Assembly (NCBI GenBank): GCA_963664875.1
Contig: OY761611.1
Span: forward strand, 2,656,001 to 2,720,000
Reading direction: 5' to 3'
Source of the DNA: Candidatus Kapaibacterium sp.
GTDB taxonomy: Bacteria > Bacteroidota > Ignavibacteria > Kapaibacteriales > UBA2268
Length of the DNA stretch: 64,000 bases
In this document: positions 30,605 to 39,700 of the stretch, piece by piece
How positions within the stretch are numbered: position 1 is the first letter of the stretch
How the letters are laid out: every line of letters begins with the position of its first letter
The notes under the pieces: generated by a model
Told to the model about the DNA's origin: nothing
Seen by the model: only the letters and a program-made list of their open reading frames with translations
The model's database searches: none
Translations under genes and position numbers: made by a program

Positions 30605-30985
30605 TCAGTATTTGCTTTTATTCCTTGTATAGATATATTTATACCAGTAAAACGGGAAATAAAAGACGTTTAGCAATAGAAGCATAGCAGCTCGTTTATG
30701 CCGTGTTGTCAGTAAAAATTCCTCGAGCGAGTAATTGTGATTGACATATATTATAATCAACACAGGTAGTAGCGCCAGGTTTATCATAAATATCAAGATT
30801 GCCAGCTTCAAATTAGTAGCAGCAAACTCACTAATCCCCGACGCACCGAAAATATTGATAACAACATAAAACAAGGCAAACACAAACAGTTCCCCTGAAA
30901 CTGCAAAAAGAATATAATCTTTAACTTTTTGTGGAATCGGTTTTGCAGAGTTAGCTTTTCTTTTCTTCTTGAATATCGGAATCAT
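30605..30985 (-). CDS. hypothetical membrane protein
   Basis: Three hydrophobic segments ending PFYWYKYI; overlaps the upstream gene. Confidence 0.6.
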   Translation of the reverse strand: MIPIFKKKRKANSAKPIPQKVKDYILFAVSGELFVFALFYVVINIFGASGISEFAATNLKLAILIFMINLALLPVLIIIYVNHNYSLEEFLLTTRHKRAAMLLLLNVFYFPFYWYKYIYTRNKSKY

Positions 30986-31484
30986 GGTCTCTTATTTCTA
31001 TTTTTTGTTCAAATACTTCTAATAATTTATCTGTGTTTTCTTTGCTTACACGGTAAGCAATTGGCTCGGTTTCGTCAGTAACCAACAAAGTAAATTTGAA
31101 AGTGGAATCATCTTCTTCTATTACTTCGTAGTTGCTTATCGTCTTCCAAGGAATAACATGCCATGAACCACCGAAGATTCCTTTTTCTCCTACAAGTAGA
31201 GGTCCTAATTGCTTAATAAGCATCGCTATAAAGAAAAACATCGAGCTTTTCAGGAGGTTGTTTAGCAAAGCCTCTGTGGTGTCAGCAAATACAAAAAACT
31301 TAACAAGACCATAAACTGAAAATACCACACCCACAAGCAGAACAGTCGAAAAAAGCCATTTGAACTTTTTGTCTGCCGGTTGTATTGCGAACAGCAAGCT
31401 ACCGAGGTGCTTTTTGATTGCAGATATTCGATATAAATATATACCCAAAAAACCAAGGTTGAAAATAATTAGAGAATACTTCAT
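30951..31484 (-). CDS. hypothetical membrane protein with a C-terminal PH-like soluble domain
   Basis: Three TM segments then EKGIF...IPWKTISNY. Confidence 0.6.
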   Translation of the reverse strand: MKYSLIIFNLGFLGIYLYRISAIKKHLGSLLFAIQPADKKFKWLFSTVLLVGVVFSVYGLVKFFVFADTTEALLNNLLKSSMFFFIAMLIKQLGPLLVGEKGIFGGSWHVIPWKTISNYEVIEEDDSTFKFTLLVTDETEPIAYRVSKENTDKLLEVFEQKIEIRDHDSDIQEEKKS

Positions 31485-31601
31485 AGATTGATGTCCAAAA
31501 AAAGCAATTGTTACTTTGTACTATCGGGATAAAATAATATACTAAAAATCTCGTTTGCAAAGACAGTTTGGTTTGACAATAAATATCGGAGAGTTTTTAA
31601 A

Positions 31602-32105
31602 ATGATTAAACAAGTAATGCAAGATGCAATCAATAAACAAATTGCTAAAGAGATGTATTCTTCAAATCTTTATTTGGCAATTGCTGCATATTTCCATTCT
31701 ATCAATCTTAATGGTTTTGCACACTGGATGAGATTGCAGGCACAGGAAGAAATGACTCATGCCCTTAAGTTTTTTGATTACTTGCTTGATAGAGGTGGTC
31801 ATGTTGAAATAGGTTCATTGGAAGCACCTCCTTCCGAATGGGATTCTCCTCTTGCAGGATTTGAAGCATCTTATCTACATGAGCAATCAATCACAGAATC
31901 TATCAATAAATTAGCTGATTTGGCTGCGAAAGAAGGCGATCATGCAACTACAATTCTGTTGCAATGGTTCATCACAGAGCAGGTTGAAGAAGAAGCCACA
32001 GTAAGTGAAATCGTTGATAGAATTAAACTTGCCGGAGACTCTGCCGGTGGTCTGTTCTTCCTTGATAACGAATTGAAGCAACGTCAGCTAACTGCTACTG
32101 CATAG
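31602..32105 (+). CDS. ftnA: non-heme ferritin
   Basis: EMYSSNLYL, QAQEEMTHALK, HEQSIT, LQWFITEQVEEE ferroxidase residues. Confidence 0.94.
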   Translation: MIKQVMQDAINKQIAKEMYSSNLYLAIAAYFHSINLNGFAHWMRLQAQEEMTHALKFFDYLLDRGGHVEIGSLEAPPSEWDSPLAGFEASYLHEQSITESINKLADLAAKEGDHATTILLQWFITEQVEEEATVSEIVDRIKLAGDSAGGLFFLDNELKQRQLTATA

Positions 32106-32129
32106 AATAGCATTAGATTGAGAAATAAA

Positions 32130-32170
32130 AAAATGGGGAATTATTAGATAATCTATTAATTCCCCATTTT
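32130..32170. terminator. bidirectional intrinsic terminator between ftnA and ftsI
   Basis: aaaatggggaatta / taattccccatttt. Confidence 0.75.
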
Positions 32171-32197
32171 TCTTTCAAACTGTTTATTTATCGGGCT

Positions 32198-34294
32198 CTA
32201 ACCTGCTAAGATTTTGCAGAAAAATTTATCTTCACCTCTTTTCTGCCAATATTGCTTTTTCACTTTGCCTGAACCAAGTATCTGAAAATCAATGCCTTTC
32301 TTTCTAAGTACTTTTATTGCATTTCTAATACTTAAGCCTTTTAGATTTGGTTGAGTGCCAGTGGAATCTGCGAATTCCTCATCTCCGGGTATATTCTCAA
32401 AAATCTTTATAGATATCTCTGAGTCTTTTTCAACAATTGAGTCTGCTGCAGGCATTTGATATGATATTGTTCCTTTGTCAGGGCTATCCTCGAATTCGAG
32501 GTCAATCTCATCAAGCAAGTCTTCGGCGAAATCTAAATCCAGACCAATCAGATTTGGCACTCTCACACTATCAGACTCAATTTCCGGGCTGAGATTGTTG
32601 ATGCCTTTTGCAGCAATCCATTTGCTTGCTATGCTCTTAAAAATTGGGGCTGCAGTCGAGCCTCCGTAAAATCCACGCTTTGGCCTGTCAACTATCACAA
32701 TCATTGCTATCTCAGGAGACTCTGCCGGGAAAAATCCGGCAAATGAGGCTGTATAGTAGCCACGAGTGTACCTACCGTTTACTAATTGCTGGCTTGTTCC
32801 TGTTTTGCCTGCAACTTTAATGTTTTTAATTCTTGCTGCAGTTCCTGTACCGCTATCTACTACTGCACAAAAGAGATTTGCGATGTCTTTAGCTGTCTGA
32901 GAAGAAATAACTCCTCGGATTTTTTCGGGTTGATTTTCTGCGATTATGTTGCCATTCCTGTCAAGAATTTTTTTGATTATATATGGCTTCATCAATACAC
33001 CTTCGTTGGCTATGCAGGCATAAGCATTGATTAGTTGTAGTGGAGTAACCCCAAGTCCGTAACCGTGACCCATAAATCTTTTAGTTGCCCCTGTGAACTG
33101 GTCAGGTTTTTTTAATCTACCCTGAACTTCGCCGGGTAAATCTATATCTGTTTTGATTCCAAAGCCGAAGTCTCTCACATATTTATAGAACTTTCCGTCA
33201 CTCATATTATCAGCTATAGTAGAGAAGACTATATTGCTCGAATATCTGACTGCATCTGCAAAAGAGCATGAGTCAAACGGATGTTCGTCTTTAATTTTAT
33301 AATCTTTCATTTGCATAAGCCCATGGTAGCCGTAGAATCGGTCCTCAGGTTTTACCATGTTTTCGTTCATTGCAGCAGCAGCAGTAATCATTTTAAAAGT
33401 AGAGCCGGGTTCGTACATATCAGTTATTGCTCTGATACGCATCGTTTCAGAAGTTTTCCCTGTTTTGGAATTTGGATTGTATCCCGGATATGAAGCCATT
33501 GCAAGCACTTCTGAGGTTTTAACATCAAGAGCTATTACTGTACCTGCAGCAGCATCTGTTCTTAAAATGCCTTGCCTTAGTTCGTATTCTACAAGTTGTT
33601 GCAAATTCATATCCAAGGTCAACTGCACAGAAGCACCGTCAGTAGCCTTTTTCATAGGTTGATCGGCGTAATAAGATAATTTGCCTCCTCTGCCTCTCGT
33701 CATTATTAGGAAACCGTCAATTCCGTTAAGAATTGAATCGTGACTCATCTCCAAACCGGAAACTCCCATATTATCTATGTTAGTGCATCCGATTACCTGA
33801 GCTGCATAGCTGTTATATAGATAGTTGCGTTGCGGTTCCTTTCTTAAAATCAGCCCTCTATCGGAGAATTTTTCAAGATTGCGAACCTGATACCTATCTA
33901 CACCACGCTTAATCCAAATAAATCTGCTTTTAGGATGATATATTTTCTTTTTAAGTTCGGTCGTGTCCATACCGAGAGTGGAAGAAAGTATAGTAATTAG
34001 CGAATCTTTATGTTCCAATAGTGCAGGATCTACTGCTATAGAAACTTCGTGGTCATTTGTAACAAGCAAATTGAAGTTTCTGTCGAAGATAAATCCTCTG
34101 TCAGCCTTCAAATCAATTTTAGATTCGTGCTGCCTTTTTGCTTTACTTTTATAATAATCAGTATTTACTACTTGTATGTAGAACAATCTGATGATGACCA
34201 TAAAGATACATAAAAGCAAAAATGAAGCAGTAAAAAAGTACTTCCACAGCTTTGCGTGCCTTACTTCTTTTGGTGATTTATCGTTATTAGACAT
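32198..34294 (-). CDS. ftsI: class B penicillin-binding protein (FtsI/PBP3-like) with PASTA domains
   Basis: TM anchor, RGFIFDRN, EPGSTFK (SxxK), SSN, KTGT, C-terminal VPNLIG/PNLKG repeats; follows an ftsL-like gene. Confidence 0.85.
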   Translation of the reverse strand: MSNNDKSPKEVRHAKLWKYFFTASFLLLCIFMVIIRLFYIQVVNTDYYKSKAKRQHESKIDLKADRGFIFDRNFNLLVTNDHEVSIAVDPALLEHKDSLITILSSTLGMDTTELKKKIYHPKSRFIWIKRGVDRYQVRNLEKFSDRGLILRKEPQRNYLYNSYAAQVIGCTNIDNMGVSGLEMSHDSILNGIDGFLIMTRGRGGKLSYYADQPMKKATDGASVQLTLDMNLQQLVEYELRQGILRTDAAAGTVIALDVKTSEVLAMASYPGYNPNSKTGKTSETMRIRAITDMYEPGSTFKMITAAAAMNENMVKPEDRFYGYHGLMQMKDYKIKDEHPFDSCSFADAVRYSSNIVFSTIADNMSDGKFYKYVRDFGFGIKTDIDLPGEVQGRLKKPDQFTGATKRFMGHGYGLGVTPLQLINAYACIANEGVLMKPYIIKKILDRNGNIIAENQPEKIRGVISSQTAKDIANLFCAVVDSGTGTAARIKNIKVAGKTGTSQQLVNGRYTRGYYTASFAGFFPAESPEIAMIVIVDRPKRGFYGGSTAAPIFKSIASKWIAAKGINNLSPEIESDSVRVPNLIGLDLDFAEDLLDEIDLEFEDSPDKGTISYQMPAADSIVEKDSEISIKIFENIPGDEEFADSTGTQPNLKGLSIRNAIKVLRKKGIDFQILGSGKVKKQYWQKRGEDKFFCKILAG

Positions 34295-34298
34295 TACA

Positions 34299-34649
34299 TC
34301 AATCCTTTTCTATAATCTCAGGAGCAGATTCAGGTTCGGTCATATTTAGTTTCTGTTTGGCAAGGGGGATGATTCTGTCCGCAGAACGCAATCGAATAAT
34401 TTCTGCACGAGAGCGGTCTCTGTCCATTCGCATAATCTCTTTTTCCTGTGAGAGTTTGCGAATTTCATTGTGGAGCGAATTAATCTGAAATACATTATCA
34501 ACATAGAAAATAGTAAGCAGTGCCGCAAGCAATATTATGCCAAGGCTTTTCCATCTATTATTGACAATATAATTTCTGATCTCGCTAAGTCGTGGGATAT
34601 AATCGAATAGACTTATCTTATCAGCAAATTTTCTCAAAAAATTGAACAT
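34299..34649 (-). CDS. ftsL: FtsL-like cell division protein
   Basis: Single TM, coiled coil, LRSADRIIPLAKQKLNM; immediately upstream of ftsI. Confidence 0.72.
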   Translation of the reverse strand: MFNFLRKFADKISLFDYIPRLSEIRNYIVNNRWKSLGIILLAALLTIFYVDNVFQINSLHNEIRKLSQEKEIMRMDRDRSRAEIIRLRSADRIIPLAKQKLNMTEPESAPEIIEKD

Positions 34650-34815
34650 TTATATTTTCTCCCCCCATGAGAAAAACTATATGCCAAGTACACAAAATCA
34701 AGAATACAATTTTGCATATAAGACAATATGCAAAATAAAAAAAAAGAAACCAATCGAAAATATATTATGTGTCAATTTGCTTAAGTATGAGCTAAATATC
34801 TAAGCTCAAAGAGGA

Positions 34816-35136
34816 TTATAATATGTGAACAGCTAACCAGATAGTCGCTTCTTCGAGTGAAGTGTAAGTAACTCTATGGCTGCAATTAGCCGGTATATAC
34901 AGGTAATCTCCGGGTTTAAGTCTATGATAAGTCCCTGTCTCACAAAATAAAACTTCTGCTTCACCTTTCAGTACTAATACCCATTCTGCCTGCTCCTGCA
35001 AATATGGAGCATCCGGTGGAGTTATATTTCCATTAGAGATGATTCTTTCAATTTTTACATTCTTTAGAGAAAGAATATCCTGAAAGACTTCTTCTTTTGA
35101 ATCTATAGGTATCTGAGACAAAATATTGTTAATCAT
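34816..35136 (-). CDS. cupin domain protein
   Basis: IERIISNG, EWVLVLKG, LKPGDYLYIPA..HRV, TIWLAVH. Confidence 0.85.
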   Translation of the reverse strand: MINNILSQIPIDSKEEVFQDILSLKNVKIERIISNGNITPPDAPYLQEQAEWVLVLKGEAEVLFCETGTYHRLKPGDYLYIPANCSHRVTYTSLEEATIWLAVHIL

Positions 35137-35151
35137 GCAAATTCCAAAATA

Positions 35152-36186
35152 TTAAAACAAGGAATTTTGTTTAGAGTCTTTGTTTCTGTATTCAATCTTA
35201 AAATGCTTATAAGCTTGCTCTGTTGCAACACGTCCACGTTGTGTTCGTTTCAAAAAACCCTGCTGAATCAGAAATGGCTCGTAAACTTCTTCTATTGTGC
35301 CTGCCTCTTCGCCGACTGCCACAGCAATAGTGCCAACACCCACAGGGCCGCCATCGTACTTTTCTATTATCGAAAGAAGTATCCTTTTGTCCATATCATC
35401 TAAGCCGTATTCGTCAACATCTAAAGCAGAGAGAGAAATTTGTGCGATTTCTTTTGTAATCGTTCCATCACCTTTCACTTGTGCAAAATCTCTTGTGCGA
35501 CGGAGAAGTCGATTAGCAATACGAGGTGTGCCACGCGAGCGGGAAGCAATCTCCAAAGCTCCTTCTTCTGTGATAGATGCGCCAAGTAGTTGAGCAGAGC
35601 GAAGCACTACAAGCATCAGCTCTTCTGTCGAATAGTAATCCAATCGGTTGATTATACCAAATCTCGAACGCAAAGGTGCTGTCAGTAAGCCTGCTCTTGT
35701 GGTAGCGCCAATAAGTGTAAAGTTTGGAATAGAAAGCTGAATAGTCCTTGCCGAGGGGCCGGAATCTATCATGATATCCAATCTAAAATCTTCCATAGCC
35801 GAATAGAGGAACTCTTCTACTATAGGTGATAATCGATGTATTTCATCAATAAACAGCACATCGCCCGCTTCGAGGTTTGTCAGCAAACCCGCAAGATCGC
35901 CGGGTTTTTCAAGCACAGGACCTGAAGTAGTTTTGATATTGCTTTTCATCTCTTTGGCTATGATGTGACTCAAAGTAGTTTTACCCAAGCCCGGAGGTCC
36001 TGTCAAAAGTACGTGATCCAGAGATTCGCTTCGTTGTAGAGCTGCTGTAATAAATACAGACAGATTGTCCACAATTTTTTTCTGTCCGGTAAAGTCGGAA
36101 AATGTTTGCGGACGGAGCGATCTGTCCAGTTCCTCATCAGTTAATCTGTAAGGATTAGTCGCCTCAGATCTGTTTATTGATTCCAT
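35152..36186 (-). CDS. ruvB: Holliday junction branch migration helicase RuvB
   Basis: [49 protein letters not shown]; ATG 36186. Confidence 0.97.
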   Translation of the reverse strand: MESINRSEATNPYRLTDEELDRSLRPQTFSDFTGQKKIVDNLSVFITAALQRSESLDHVLLTGPPGLGKTTLSHIIAKEMKSNIKTTSGPVLEKPGDLAGLLTNLEAGDVLFIDEIHRLSPIVEEFLYSAMEDFRLDIMIDSGPSARTIQLSIPNFTLIGATTRAGLLTAPLRSRFGIINRLDYYSTEELMLVVLRSAQLLGASITEEGALEIASRSRGTPRIANRLLRRTRDFAQVKGDGTITKEIAQISLSALDVDEYGLDDMDKRILLSIIEKYDGGPVGVGTIAVAVGEEAGTIEEVYEPFLIQQGFLKRTQRGRVATEQAYKHFKIEYRNKDSKQNSLF

Positions 36187-36409
36187 AGCTGTTTGCTGTT
36201 TTGCATTATATGTGTAAAGTATAAAAATAGTGATGAAAGCGGAGAATTCAAAGTAAAGAATATCCCTTGTATGTGAAGTAACCTGCAAAGTAATATTTAG
36301 AAAATAAATGACAGTATAAATGCAAATAATATGACAATAAATATTTTATATATGTGAAAATGTAAAATCGAATAATAAAGTAGAAAAATCAAAAAATAAG
36401 CGAATCAAT

Positions 36410-36437
36410 TGAAACATAATTCAATACTATGTGTTAT
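36410..36437 (+). promoter_or_regulatory. putative ECF sigma promoter TGAAAC-N16-TGTTAT
   Basis: Same boxes and spacing as 42530-42557 and 61092-61119. Confidence 0.6.
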
Positions 36438-36712
36438 TGTGTTATTGAATGTATAGTTCTGTATTGGCGTAAATATTATAAGTATTATATATAAAAGAAG
36501 ATATGTATTGCCAAATGGAAATATATTTACAATAAGTAGAATATATGCAAAGTATATTGTCAAAATAATACTTTAATGAAAAGCATTAAATATGACAAAT
36601 TTAATGCTATAAAAAATAGAATTTTACTATTTTGTATGTGATAAGTTGCGATTTGATACAGATAAAGAGATTGTAATATATATAGTTGTTTAATATTATT
36701 AAATGAGGTTAC

Positions 36713-39700
36713 ATGAAAAAGATCAATGTGTTTAGTGCATTGTTTGTGCTACTCGTTGTACTTTTGAGTTCACCAAAAGCAATGGCGGTGGATTTGAATG
36801 ATTTGCAGCTATCTGACTATCAAGGAGAATATACTCCTATTGCAGGTACAATTCTTGGTGACGGTGATGATTCAGAATTTGATTTTGATTTGCCATTCAC
36901 TGTGTCTCACGACGGTCAAGAATTTACCAAAGCAAGAGTTTCTACAAACGGTTGGATGGTTCTCGGTGTTTCTACATACACAGGTATTACTGCAACTCCC
37001 GGTGGGACAAATGCAAACTTTTTAGTGCCTTGTAATGAAGATTTAAGAGCCGATGCAGGTATTGGAGACATTAGATGGAACGTTGTTGGGACTGCTCCAA
37101 GCAGAACTTTAATAGTTGAGTGGAAAGACCATAAATACTATGGAAAAGATCTTTCTACACTTAATTATCAATGCCAAATTTCCGAAGGTTCTAATATCAT
37201 TAGGTTTGTTTACGGAAATATGACAGCTCTCGATGATGGCGGAACTAATCAATCTTTCAGCTATATTTCTGGTTCTGTAGGAACAAAATATATCAATATT
37301 GAACCACTTGCCACAGGATTTGTTGGACACTATGGCAATTCCACTGAAAAATATCTTACGGAAGATGACAGACCTCTTTTCCCTGCAGGCAAAACTGTTG
37401 AGTTCTCTCTAGTGAACCCTGTGCTTATATCCGAATCAACAGAAAACGATGTGCTTTGGAAAATAGGCGAAACTTATCCTGCTCCTTCAATAGAAGTTCT
37501 GCGTTTAGCAGATATGCCAAGCTTTGTAATCGAATACACTTTGAAAAATACTAAAACTGGCGAAGTGATCTATAAAGCTACTAACGAAGGTGATGCTTCT
37601 ACAAACACTTTCACTCCAAATCCACAACCGGTAGGAATGAAAGAAACTCTTACTATAACTCATGCCATTGGTAAAGCTGCTGCCTACGATAGAGAAAATC
37701 CTAACTCTGACTTAAATGACGGTAGTTTCGATTTGATTACAGATGCAGCTTCAATCGAACCGGGTAGATATGAATTAGTATGTAAATTGATAATTCCTAA
37801 TAGCGAGGTAGCTGTTCAGTCTATTACTAAAAATGTTCAAATCGCTTTGGAAAACGATCTTGCAGTTAGTGATGTAAAATATCCTAAGAAAAACGGAAGA
37901 TACCTTATCAATAATTTTGTTCCTCTTCAAGTTAGAATGAGAAACTTTGGTACTGCTCAGATTTCTAACTTCAGAGTAACTGCTAAAATATATGATGCTG
38001 ATAACAATCAGTTAGTTTACGGTCCTGAGTATTTTAACTGGCAAAACACTGCAAGACCACTAAATACAGGTGATTTTGTATCTGTAGATTTCCCTAACTT
38101 TAGAACCCAAAAACCTTTGGTTCACGTTGGTAGATATTTTGTAGAATATACTTCAGAACTTTTAAGCTCTGATGATGATATGCCTACTAACAATACTGTT
38201 GGCACATCTTCAACTAACAGACATTACTTTGATGTTGTTTATGATGTAGAACCGGGTGCAGTTTCAGTTCAGGCTCCTGCAGCAGATGTTTTTGTTGGCA
38301 GACCGCTTTTCCCAAGAGCGAAATTTATCAACAACGGTATTGTAGATTTGTCAAACGTTCCTGCAATATTTACAATTGTTGGTCCGCTTCCTTCGACAAA
38401 CGTAGTTTATCAAAACGAAATGAATGTTCAGGATTTGCAGGCTGGTAATTACAATGTTACTTCTGTTCCTTTCAATACAGAATTTATTCCTGAATTGCCA
38501 GGTACTTACAAATGTGTTGTGAGCATCAACGATCCTAACGATAAAGATAATACAAATAATACTATCGAATCTACTTTCAATGTAGTATCATTGATGTCCG
38601 GTAATTATACTATCGGCAAAACTGCTACAGGTACAAGAAACTTTACTTCTATTGAAGAAGCTTTAAATATGCTTTATCTTAAAGGTGTAGATGGTCCTGT
38701 AACATTCGAATTATTAGATCCTGAATATACAATTGGTAATGTTAATTCAGATGCTCCGGCATTGGACATGTCTTCTAAAATCATTGGTGTAAGTGAAACA
38801 AATACTATTACTTTCAAACCATCAGATGCATTGGCTACTACAAAAGCAAGTATCCAATTTAATTTAAAATCAGGTAATGGTATTGGTATTTATATCGCAC
38901 AGAACTACACTCCTGCTAATGGCAATGCTGCCGTGCATGTAGTTACAGAAAAAAATAAATACAGATTTGCAAATACAGAAGGTAACTTCATCTTTGATGG
39001 TGGTGCTCAAAAATCTTTCAAATTTAACTTAGAAACGAAAGATAATAGATTTGCAGCAGTATTTTATCTTGGTGCAGGTGCTTCTAATTGCCAAATTAAA
39101 AACTGTATAATCGAAGATGAAACTCCAAACTTCAAATCTTCTCTTCCTTTGACAGTTTATAATGCAGGTGCAGGTGCTTTCACTCAGGAAGCAGATCAAA
39201 GAAGTAATACTGCTTATTACACAGCTGGTGTCGTGCTTAGATCTGTAGCTCCACGTTATGATAAAACAAACTCTAACTACTTCAATCTTGATACGCTTAC
39301 TGCAGACAATAACGTAATTGCTAATAATGAAATCAGCGGTTATGGCTATGGTATAGCTTCTATGGGTACAGGTTTGTTATTCCAAGCAGGTGGTAGCAAC
39401 AAATTTACAAAATACTATAACTCGAATAATATTTTCGAATCTAACAAAATCCATAACGTTGGTCACGCAGGTATTTTTGTTGGTTTCGAAAATGCATCTG
39501 AAATCAGATACAACAGAATTTACGATGTAAAAGGAACTGAAGTTTTTGCTGCTTGCGGTATTGTTGCCGGTGGTGAAGCTGATAGAGATATGTTTGGTTA
39601 CAACACAGTTGATATCAAAATCCTTGGTAATGAAATTAGCCACTTGACTAATGCTAATGAAATCTATGGTATCAAAGTAGATCAGTCACCTTCTATCGTA

